Shown piece by piece: positions 9,372 to 17,138 of a stretch of DNA of 64,000 nucleotides (position 1 is the stretch's first letter; each line of letters opens with the position of its first letter). The DNA comes from Armatimonadota bacterium (GTDB taxonomy: Bacteria > Armatimonadota > SYMT01). The stretch lies in assembly GCA_041690135.1 (NCBI GenBank), contig JAWLHY010000001.1, positions 960,001 through 1,024,000 of the forward strand. The letters are read 5' to 3'. The notes under the pieces are model-generated. The model did no database searches. It was not told where the DNA came from and saw nothing but the letters and a program-made list of their open reading frames with translations. Both the position numbers and the translations under genes were made by a program.

Positions 9372-11366
9372 ATGACAGCAGACCCTGGCCAATCGGATAA
9401 TCCACGCGGATCCGGCCTCGTGATGTGCCTGTTCATTGTGCTGTTCGGGCTGGTAGTTACCTTGCCATTCGTATCGATGGGCACGTGGAGGGTGGGGCGC
9501 ACCCTGGCGGGATTGACCTGGCCCCAGCAGCCGGCCGAACTGCTGGACGCCCGCATTATCCACGAACACAACTCCGAGAGCGACAACTACTACGTTGACG
9601 TCCGCTACGCTTACGCGGTCGACGGCACGGTTCGAGAGAGCGGTCGGTGGGCGCCTGCAATCGGAAGGTGGGACTGGGGTTCCCGTTCCACCGCCGAACA
9701 TGCGCTTCAATGGCTGCGGTCCCAACCCCTCACTGTCCGGGTGAACCCATACAACCGTGGCGACGCTGCCATCTTCGTGCGCCTCGACTCGATGTCCGTA
9801 GTACTCTTCGCGTGGGGATGGGGGTTCTTTCTCGTTTTCGTAGTGGCTATCGGCTCGGCATTTGCCGCCCAGGCGTTGGATACGCGAGCGGCTGTGGCCT
9901 CTCCGGAGCCCGACGGCCGGCTCCCGCGATGTTGGAGGCGGTTGGGTGTCCGCGACGATGGCGACACGCTCCACCTGGTCTTGCCCCGGCGCTACGCAGC
10001 CGCCATCGCTTTCCCTATGGGATTGGCGCTGGTCGGCGCCGGCCTCACGGGATTCCTCACCGCCTTCAGTCCGGTTCCGGAAGGGATCTGGCAGTGGGTG
10101 ATCATCGCGGCGGCCCCCATCGCGGCGCTTCATGGGGTTCGGGACAAGCTCGCGCAGACCCACTGCACGCTCGACGCTCGGGAGCGAATGCTCTCTGTCG
10201 GCTCCACGCCGCGTGCCCTTTCGCAGGCGCGATTTTCGGAGCTTGCCGGGCCGGAACTGATGACTTCCCGCAACCCGGATCGTCCGAGCGACAGGCGGCA
10301 GCATCTGGTCTTCCGCCGCCGCGGGGAGCACCTCGCGCCGGTAGCCGTGCTCGACCTGGACGGTTGGCCCCAGCCGGCGGTACAGTCCTTGATCCGGCGC
10401 ATCGAGCGGCTCACGGGGCTTGCGTCCTGCTTCACTCCGGATGGCGCGATCGCTTCGGCGGCGCCCGCCGTCCCCGGCATCCCGCTCCAGCCCTATCGTA
10501 AGACCGTCCAGAGCCTGTGGGGGCAGTTGTTCTACTTGCTGTTCGGCTCCGTCTTCGTAGCGGGCGCCGGGACCTCGCTGGTTCGGCTTCTGCCCTGGCT
10601 CGGCCGCGAGGGATCATCATCCCTCTGGATGTTCCTCGCCGGAGCCTCGGTCGCCTTGCTCTTCGGTCTCACGATGGCCGGCGGCGCGCTCTGGGAGGCT
10701 GCCTTCATCCTCCGGCTCGGACAACCCCGGGCGAGCCTGCAGCCGGCAGCCCCGCGGTGGGACGAACCATTCCGCTTCGCATTTGAGCTGCTTTTCCGCG
10801 GGACGCAGCGGATGCGAAGCGTCAACACCGTGCTGGTCCTTCGCGAACAATTCGAGACGAAGGACCACGAAGGGAGCACCCAGGTCCGCCATGTGGACCG
10901 CCTGGTGCAACAACATCCTGGAAGTTCGCCCCTGGAGATATCCGCGCACGGCGTTACGGTCGACGTGCGGTTCCGCATTCCGGCGGATGGCCTCACACGC
11001 TACCGCAGCGGCGACCATCCTTACCTCTGGGTGGTGAAGGTGTTGCTGGACTTCGGGCGAGGCGATCTCTACACCTACGATTACCTGCTGCCGTTGGAAG
11101 ATAAGCCCGCCACGGAGACCTCCCCTTTCACGGGCTCCGCGGAACCTTACTATGACGTTCTGCTGATCGAGCCGGGTCCGGGCCTGATGAAGTTCCCCCG
11201 CGCCGTTCAGAAGGCGATGCCGTTCCTCAACTTGGCCCAAACCTCGGAGCTCTTGGTAGTCACTCCCACCCTTCTCCGCACCGGTGCGGATCGAGGCGAG
11301 GCGGAGAAGCTGCGCCGGGCGATCGAAGCGGCTGGAGGACGCGTGCTGATTCAAGAGCGATCATGA
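9372..11366 (+). CDS. Multi-pass membrane protein: N-terminal DUF3592 domain, C-terminal ribosomal L7/L12 CTD-like domain
   Basis: ATG 9372 after AAGGA; VRYAYAVDG...VRVNPYNRGDAAI (DUF3592); C-terminus YDVLLIEPG...FLNLAQTSELLVVTPTLLRTGADRGEAEKLRRAIEAAGGRVLI resembles L7/L12 CTD. Confidence 0.8.
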   Translation: MTADPGQSDNPRGSGLVMCLFIVLFGLVVTLPFVSMGTWRVGRTLAGLTWPQQPAELLDARIIHEHNSESDNYYVDVRYAYAVDGTVRESGRWAPAIGRWDWGSRSTAEHALQWLRSQPLTVRVNPYNRGDAAIFVRLDSMSVVLFAWGWGFFLVFVVAIGSAFAAQALDTRAAVASPEPDGRLPRCWRRLGVRDDGDTLHLVLPRRYAAAIAFPMGLALVGAGLTGFLTAFSPVPEGIWQWVIIAAAPIAALHGVRDKLAQTHCTLDARERMLSVGSTPRALSQARFSELAGPELMTSRNPDRPSDRRQHLVFRRRGEHLAPVAVLDLDGWPQPAVQSLIRRIERLTGLASCFTPDGAIASAAPAVPGIPLQPYRKTVQSLWGQLFYLLFGSVFVAGAGTSLVRLLPWLGREGSSSLWMFLAGASVALLFGLTMAGGALWEAAFILRLGQPRASLQPAAPRWDEPFRFAFELLFRGTQRMRSVNTVLVLREQFETKDHEGSTQVRHVDRLVQQHPGSSPLEISAHGVTVDVRFRIPADGLTRYRSGDHPYLWVVKVLLDFGRGDLYTYDYLLPLEDKPATETSPFTGSAEPYYDVLLIEPGPGLMKFPRAVQKAMPFLNLAQTSELLVVTPTLLRTGADRGEAEKLRRAIEAAGGRVLIQERS

Positions 11367-11367
11367 C

Positions 11368-11398
11368 AAAACGGGCGAGGTGCGATGCACCTCGCCCG
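11368..11398 (-). terminator. Intrinsic terminator of infC
   Basis: 12-bp stem CGGGCGAGGTGC/GCACCTCGCCCG, followed on the minus strand by TTTT. Confidence 0.75.
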
Positions 11399-11467
11399 CC
11401 GCGAAAACCACCACGATGGCGCGAGTAGTTTGGGAACACTCGGCAGCCGCCGGTAATCGGGAGTTGC

Positions 11468-12001
11468 TTACTTGGGGCTGAGCAGCATGGTCATCCGGCG
11501 TCCGTCGATGACGGGCGGCCGCTCGACGACGCTGATGTCCGATAGCGCCGCCGCCATCTTCTCCATCTGGTTGCGTCCGATTTCCGGATGGGCCATTTCG
11601 CGGCCCCGGAAGATCAGGGTCACCTGGACCTTGTTCTTCTTCTCCAGGAACTTACGCGCGTCGTCGGTCCGGTACTGGAAATCGTGCGGGTCGATACCCG
11701 GCCGGAGCCGGATGCCCTTCACCTCGACGGTGTGCGCGTTCTTACGAGCGTCCTTCTGCTTCTTGGCCTCGTCGTACTTGAACTTGCCGTAGTCCAGGAT
11801 GCGACAGACCGGAGGGCTGGCGTTGGGAGCCACCTCCACCAGGTCCAAACCCTTCTCCTGGGCCAGGGCCAGGGCCTCGCGCGTGGGCATAATGCCCAAC
11901 TGCTGCCCTTCGTCGTCGATTACCCGGATCTCCGGCACGCGGATGCGGTAGTTCGTGCGTGGCCCGAGATCGCGGCCGCGGTTGTCAGCGCCTCTGTTAA
12001 T
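11468..12001 (-). CDS. infC: Translation initiation factor IF-3 (ATT start codon)
   Basis: IRVPEIRVID..G.QLG, DLVEVAP...PPVCRILDYGKFKY, FRGREMAH; in-frame ATT at 12001 preceded by SD GAGGTG. Confidence 0.97.
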   Translation of the reverse strand: MNRGADNRGRDLGPRTNYRIRVPEIRVIDDEGQQLGIMPTREALALAQEKGLDLVEVAPNASPPVCRILDYGKFKYDEAKKQKDARKNAHTVEVKGIRLRPGIDPHDFQYRTDDARKFLEKKNKVQVTLIFRGREMAHPEIGRNQMEKMAAALSDISVVERPPVIDGRRMTMLLSPK

Positions 12002-12098
12002 GGTTGTTCACCTCGTCTCAAATCAGGCTCGACCGGATCATTCCGGCGAGAAGCCGCGGTTGCGGCATTGACGGCCATGTTATACCGAAACGACCGTT

Positions 12099-12110
12099 CC
12101 TGTATACAGG
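12099..12110. promoter_or_regulatory. Palindrome between divergent infC and metallophosphoesterase genes (candidate operator)
   Basis: CCTGTATACAGG perfect 12-bp palindrome; minus-strand TATAAC -10-like box at 12079-12084. Confidence 0.3.
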
Positions 12111-12205
12111 GCAATCGGGCACAATTAGGAATGCCCGTTCCTGCGGATCTTAAACCGGATCTCATGCAGGCGAGCGCCTGACGCCTGGTCGGCCGTTCCT
12201 CCATT

Positions 12206-14233
12206 ATGGAGTGCGGGAAGGGTCGTTCAGTTCCATATATTTCACGTGAAGATTGTAACTCCTCCGTGTGCGCCCTTGCTCTCCTCAACTGGTTGAAGGC
12301 CCCGGCTTCCCGGGAGATTATCCGGCGCTGGACGCGGGCGAGCCCGTCCGGCGAGCATTCGCTCGACCTTCGCCTGCCGGACCCTGGGGAGGCGTATGAA
12401 GTCCTGGTCGTAGGCGATACCGGAGACGCCGAAGTAACGGGGAGTGGGCTGGCCCCGCAGGATGCCGTTGCGCGCTATCTGGCGGAGGATGCATGCCTCC
12501 CTGGCTCCGCGGGAAAGGGCCTGCTGGTGCTCCACACGGGCGACGTGGTCTACATGACGGGCGAGCGCCGTCTCTACGAGCGCAACTTCCGGCGACCTTT
12601 TGCTCCCTTCCTGACGCCCGACAGCACGGTGGACCGGCTCGTGTTCCGGATTCCGTTTTTGCCGGTCCCCGGCAACCACGACTATTACGATTTTGCCCCC
12701 TGGGCGGCGGCGCTTGCTCGCGCCCCCGCGGTGGGAGCGGGACTTCGGGCCGTGGCGCGGGAGCTCTTTGCCTTCAGCGTGCCGCAGGGTGGGTCGGACC
12801 AGGGCCGTGCTTTCATGGATGCGTTTCTCCGGCCCGAGCCTTCGCCGCTGCCGGGACCGCTCCCGTACATCCCCGGTGAGATCACCCGCCTTCCGAACCG
12901 GTACTACCGCTTCCGCGTGGGGTCCGTCGACTACTTCGCGCTCGACTCGAACACCCTGGAGGCCCCATCTCCGTCGCCGGTCTTCTCCGGAGAACGGGCG
13001 CAGGCGGAACGGCGCGTGAAGCTGCTCCGGAAACACGCCCGGCAGGTGGACCATGAGCTTCGACAGCTAGAGCTGGAGTTGGAGGAATTGCAGCGCGGCC
13101 ACCGGCGCCGGGTGGCGTTGTCGCTGCGGATGCACTCGACTTTCCAACCGGCCCTGTCCGAGCTTTTGTCGGCAGCGAAAGGGATGGCAACGCTCCTGGA
13201 GCGCAACCCTGTGGACAGCACGGAGGGCACGCGGGCGCGGCGACTCCTGGAACGGACCCTCGGCGAGTGGGAACAGGTGCAGCATCGTCTCCTGGCCGCC
13301 ACGGGATCGCGTTCCTTCCGAGATGCCCTGGACCGGGCCGACACGGCTTCACGCTCCCTATCCGCAGCCCTGAAGGCTGCGGATGGATATCTCGGGCACC
13401 TACCGGAGGGCCTGCCGCACGCCGAACTCTCGACGGCCCGCGGGTCCCTGGAGGCCGCGCTCCAGGCCTGGACGCGGCTGGCCTCTCCCCCACCGCCCTC
13501 CGATCTGGCCGAACGCCTCCACCACCTCTCGGATACCGCTCTGGACATCCAGCGGACCCTGGCCGTGGAGAGGCGTCGCGCGCATTCGCAGCCGGAAGAC
13601 TTCGATCAGGCGCAAATTCGCTGGCTGGACGCGGCCCTGGCCGAGTCGGTCCGGGAACGGCCCGATAATTGGCGGGTCGTCTACCTCCACCACCCGCTGT
13701 ATTCGACCATCACCAACCACTGCGAGTTGGCGGATATTCAGGGCGTGCGCGCCAACCTGATCGGGATCCTGCGCGGTCGCGTCCATGCCGTCTTCGGCGG
13801 GCACGCCCACGCCTTCGAGTGGACTCGCTCCCGCGAGTTGCCGCATACCGGGCTCTTTGTTACGGGGGGAGGCGGCCAGGTATCGCTGCGTCGATCCATC
13901 CTCGACCCCAGGCGCTTCGCCCGCCATTCCGGACAGTACGCCGCGCTCCGGACTGCCGGCGTTACGGAAGCCGTGGTTTGCGGCCGAGGCCCCGCCGCCG
14001 CGGACGGGGAGGACGGGAACGTGTTCCACTACCTCCGGGTGCAGGTAACGCCGGAACGTCTCATCATTCGTCCGGTAGGGGTCCGGCAAACCGCCGCCGG
14101 CTTTCGGAGAGAAGAACCGGTATTGGCCTTCCACGCCTCGTCGCTTCCGGTAGGACAGCCTCCCTGGGAAGCCCGCACGCTGGAAGGTATCGCAATTCGC
14201 CGGGACCAACCGCCGGAACCGATCTGGACCTAA
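12206..14233 (+). CDS. Calcineurin-like metallophosphoesterase with large helical insertion
   Basis: GDTG, HTGDVVY, PGNHDY, LDSN, YLHHP, GHAH motifs; start uncertain. Confidence 0.88.
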   Translation: MECGKGRSVPYISREDCNSSVCALALLNWLKAPASREIIRRWTRASPSGEHSLDLRLPDPGEAYEVLVVGDTGDAEVTGSGLAPQDAVARYLAEDACLPGSAGKGLLVLHTGDVVYMTGERRLYERNFRRPFAPFLTPDSTVDRLVFRIPFLPVPGNHDYYDFAPWAAALARAPAVGAGLRAVARELFAFSVPQGGSDQGRAFMDAFLRPEPSPLPGPLPYIPGEITRLPNRYYRFRVGSVDYFALDSNTLEAPSPSPVFSGERAQAERRVKLLRKHARQVDHELRQLELELEELQRGHRRRVALSLRMHSTFQPALSELLSAAKGMATLLERNPVDSTEGTRARRLLERTLGEWEQVQHRLLAATGSRSFRDALDRADTASRSLSAALKAADGYLGHLPEGLPHAELSTARGSLEAALQAWTRLASPPPPSDLAERLHHLSDTALDIQRTLAVERRRAHSQPEDFDQAQIRWLDAALAESVRERPDNWRVVYLHHPLYSTITNHCELADIQGVRANLIGILRGRVHAVFGGHAHAFEWTRSRELPHTGLFVTGGGGQVSLRRSILDPRRFARHSGQYAALRTAGVTEAVVCGRGPAAADGEDGNVFHYLRVQVTPERLIIRPVGVRQTAAGFRREEPVLAFHASSLPVGQPPWEARTLEGIAIRRDQPPEPIWT

Positions 14234-14261
14234 AGGGCGATTCCGACAACGGGAGCGGGAA

Positions 14262-14582
14262 GTGCCAGACTCACCTCCATCAGCGCGACGGAAGCGGACT
14301 GGCACAGGTTCCGCCACGGGGCTCGTGACTGTAGGAGATGTGACGCCGTTCCATTCCGAAGGGAACGAAGTTGATCCCGTTTGGCTCAGCGGGAACACTC
14401 TTGTTCCAGGACAGCCACGGGCCTGCAGGACGCGATCAGGAGCAGTCCTGCGGAACGCTACGGTACACCCGGCGAAGTTAGGGCGAGACGTTCCCTACGG
14501 GTGCCGTACACAGAGACACGCAAGTCGGCCCCGCCGAGAACCTCTGGATTGCATGGCACCCCCGAGACCGGAGTCTCGGGAG
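14262..14582 (-). ncRNA. Candidate structured non-coding RNA or 3' UTR element (unassigned)
   Basis: Nested long-range stems plus four branch hairpins; mismatches resolve to G-U on the minus strand; c(UCCG)g and c(UUCG)g loops on the minus strand. Confidence 0.5.
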
Positions 14583-14593
14583 TTGCTAAACCG

Positions 14594-14929
14594 TTACTCG
14601 CTCTTCACGCTTCCCTCGAAGTCCGAGTGCTTCGTAATCGCCTCGGCCAACTCCTGGGGATTGGTCTTCGCCGGATCGTATTCGACCTCCACCGTCTGGG
14701 TCTTCACGTCCGCCTTCATCTTCTTAAATCCATCGACTCTGACCAGAGCCGCTTCCGCGCGGGGCGGTCAGCCGGCCGGTCAATGCATGCCCTTCGCATT
14801 CAACACCGCGGTCTTCATCCCGGGCTCGGGCGCGATCGGCTCCTGCTCGGCGGTCGGAGCACACCCCACGAACGTCCCGGAGACGACGGCGCCGGCCAGA
14901 AGGGCGAAGGCTCGCCTCGTCAGTACCAT
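14594..14929 (-). CDS. HMA (MerP/CopZ-like) domain Tat-lipoprotein with two in-frame TGA codons at the metal-binding Cys positions (putative UxxxU selenoprotein)
   Basis: Manual translation: MVLTRRAFALLAGAVVSGTFVGCAPTAEQEPIAPEPGMKTAVLNAKGMH*PAG*PPRAEAALVRVDGFKKMKADVKTQTVEVEYDPAKTNPQELAEAITKHSDFEGSVKSE-TAA; SD GAGGAG; TGA at 14780-14782 and 14768-14770. Confidence 0.85.
14734..14762 (-). promoter_or_regulatory. Candidate bacterial SECIS elements
   Basis: CCGC-GCGGAA-GCGG (loop 21 nt after first UGA) and CGGCUCU-GGUC-AGAGUCG (loop 23 nt after second UGA). Confidence 0.55.
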
Positions 14930-15007
14930 CCGCTTCTCCTCGGTAGTCGGAAAGCGGACCCATTCCTTGCCGCCTTCCCTTCCCTTATCCTACGCGCATC
15001 GAGGCAA

Positions 15008-16462
15008 TTAATCACCTGTCGTTCCACTATCGATTGCCTCTATACCTACCGCGGGGAATTCCACGCGGAAGGTGCTGCCTTTTCCCGGGCGGCTCTCGCA
15101 CGAGATGGCCCCCTCATGGGCTTCCACCGCCCAGCGGGTGATGCTGAGCCCCAGGCCCGTGCCTCCGGCGGCGCGGGCGCGGCCCTTGTCCACGCGATAG
15201 AACCGGTCGAAAATGTGCGGCAGGTGTTCGGCCGGGATGCCGATGCCGGTATCCCGTACCTCGAGGATCGCTTTGGATTCGTGCTTCCGCAGCGAGAGGG
15301 TCACGCAGCCCCCTTCCGGCGTGTACTTGATCCCGTTGCTGAGGAGGTTGGTGACCACCTGGTTCAGCCAGAGCGCATCGCCGGCCACGGTAGCGTCTTC
15401 CACCTCGGCCAAGTCCAGCCGCACTCCGTGGCGGGCTGCGAGGGGCTCCAGGCTCTCCATCGCCACCAGCACCAGGCCGGGAAGCTCCACGGGCTCCTTG
15501 CGGATCAACTCCACCCCGGCGTCGGTGCGGGCCAGCAGCAGCAGGCTATCGACGATCTCCGACATCCGCTCCGCCGATTCGAGGATGCTGCCGAGGGAGC
15601 GCCGGTACGCGGCGGCGTCCTGCTCCTCCATCAACGCGACCTCGGCTTCACCGCGGATCGCCGTCAGGGGAGTTTTTAATTCGTGGGAGGCATCCGCGCT
15701 GAACTGGCGGACCTGCTGGAAGCTGCGGTCGAGGCGGGCGATCATCTGGTCGAAGGCCTGCGCCAGGCGACCGATTTCGTCTTCGGGTCCCTCGTGCTGA
15801 AGGCGCCGCTGCAAGTTGGTACTCTGGATATCGAGGGCGGTGCGGGTGAGGCTGTCGACCCGCCGGAGCGCGCGACCCACGACGAGCCAGTTGCCCCCCA
15901 GCGCCAGCAGGAAGACGCCCGGGGTGAGGCCGATCAGGATCCACCGCGCTCGCTGGAGGGCCGCCTCCACCCCTTCTAGTGAGGTGCCGGCCTGAACGAG
16001 GTAGGGGATGCGCGACCCCATGCGCACCGGCACGGTGGCGATGCGGACCGGATGCTCACCCAGCCCGTGGACCGTTTCCAGGTGCGCCCGTCCCGCCAGC
16101 CCCGCCCGCAGCGCGGGCGCGAGCACCGGCAGCGGGTTGGTCTGCAGTCCGTCGGACTTCTCGCGGATGTTCCCCTGGGGGTCCACCACCTGGATGTAGC
16201 GTCCCCAGGTGCGCAGGTCGTTCGCAAGAAACTGCGGAAGAGGGGCGGCCATTCCGGCGTCGTGGGCGGTCTCCAGGCGGTACAGCGTCGTCGCCATCTG
16301 GCGGGCAGTGGTGTCGGCATGCTCCAGAAGTGCCTGATCCGCGCGAGAGTAAAGTACGCGGAAAAGGAGGGCGTAGGTGAGCCCTCCCAGCCCCAGCAGC
16401 GTGAGGCCCATCAGGCCCGCATGCCACAGGGCCAGCTGCGCGCGCAAACCGCCGATCTTCAC
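15008..16462 (-). CDS. Heavy-metal-sensor-type (CusS/CzcS-like) histidine kinase
   Basis: Two TM segments, HAMP (EDEIGRLAQAFDQM), FSADASHELKTPL H-box, NLLSNGIKY, DTGIGI, IFDRFYRVD, GTGLGL. Confidence 0.92.
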   Translation of the reverse strand: MKIGGLRAQLALWHAGLMGLTLLGLGGLTYALLFRVLYSRADQALLEHADTTARQMATTLYRLETAHDAGMAAPLPQFLANDLRTWGRYIQVVDPQGNIREKSDGLQTNPLPVLAPALRAGLAGRAHLETVHGLGEHPVRIATVPVRMGSRIPYLVQAGTSLEGVEAALQRARWILIGLTPGVFLLALGGNWLVVGRALRRVDSLTRTALDIQSTNLQRRLQHEGPEDEIGRLAQAFDQMIARLDRSFQQVRQFSADASHELKTPLTAIRGEAEVALMEEQDAAAYRRSLGSILESAERMSEIVDSLLLLARTDAGVELIRKEPVELPGLVLVAMESLEPLAARHGVRLDLAEVEDATVAGDALWLNQVVTNLLSNGIKYTPEGGCVTLSLRKHESKAILEVRDTGIGIPAEHLPHIFDRFYRVDKGRARAAGGTGLGLSITRWAVEAHEGAISCESRPGKGSTFRVEFPAVGIEAIDSGTTGD

Positions 16463-17136
16463 GCCGGCTCTTCCCGCAAGACGTAGCCCACGCCGCGGAT
16501 GGTGTGCAGGAGCTTGCGCCCCGCGGCGGGATCGATCTTCTTCCGGAGAAAGTTCATGTACACTTCGAGCACGTTCGACTGCGTTTCGAAGTCGTAGCCC
16601 CAGATGTTCGACAGCAGCTCCTCGCGGGTCAGGGTTTTCTCCGGGAACCGCATCATGTACTCCAGCAGCGCATACTCCTTGTTGGTGAGCTCGATCCGCT
16701 TTCCGTTCCGCGTGACGGTGCGGGAAACGGGATCTAGCACCAATCCCGCGTATTCCAGCGCGGGTACCCGCACCGCCGTGGCCCGGCGCAGCAGCGCCCG
16801 TAGCCGGGCCAGGAGCTCGCCGAACGCGAACGGCTTCGGCAGGTAGTCGTCGCAGCCGGCGTCCAGACCCTCGATCCGGTCCTCCGTGCTGCCGAGGGCC
16901 GTGAGAGCCAGCACGGGGACTTCCATCCGCATACGGCGGATCTCCCGCACCACGTCCAGGCCGCCGATCCCGGGCAGCATCAGGTCCAGTACCACTGCGT
17001 CGTAGCTGGTCGCTTTCAGGCGTTCCAGCGCGGCTTCTCCACTCGCTGCGACTTCCGCTTCGAAGTCGGACTGCTCCAGGCCGCGCCGGATCACGTCCGA
17101 GACCTTTTCCTCGTCCTCCACCACCAGGATCCGCAT
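16459..17136 (-). CDS. OmpR-family (CusR/CzcR-like) response regulator
   Basis: MRILVVEDE, LDLMLP, GCDDYLPKPF, LTNKEYALLEY, NVLEVY..FLRKKID, TIRGVGY. Confidence 0.95.
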   Translation of the reverse strand: MRILVVEDEEKVSDVIRRGLEQSDFEAEVAASGEAALERLKATSYDAVVLDLMLPGIGGLDVVREIRRMRMEVPVLALTALGSTEDRIEGLDAGCDDYLPKPFAFGELLARLRALLRRATAVRVPALEYAGLVLDPVSRTVTRNGKRIELTNKEYALLEYMMRFPEKTLTREELLSNIWGYDFETQSNVLEVYMNFLRKKIDPAAGRKLLHTIRGVGYVLREEPA

Positions 17137-17138
17137 GG

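Noticed and set aside
14262-14582. tmRNA, RNase P, SRP, tRNA-Sec or group II intron identity for the structured region
   Set aside because: No tRNA-like T-loop/CCA end, no GAGGAAAGUCC, no SRP GGAA-loop motif and no domain V consensus. A divergent 6S RNA is not fully excluded, but the four-branch top is atypical.
14594-14929. Genome-wide TGA reassignment as the explanation for the in-frame TGAs
   Set aside because: Many genes here end in TGA, including ATGA/GTGA overlaps in the NRPS and two-component operons, and Trp is encoded by TGG. Any recoding must be site-specific.
14262-15679. ORF-track calls 14262..15011(+), 14381..15679(+) and 14724..14963(-)
   Set aside because: Antisense or off-frame shadows of the HMA gene and the histidine kinase; no recognisable motifs.
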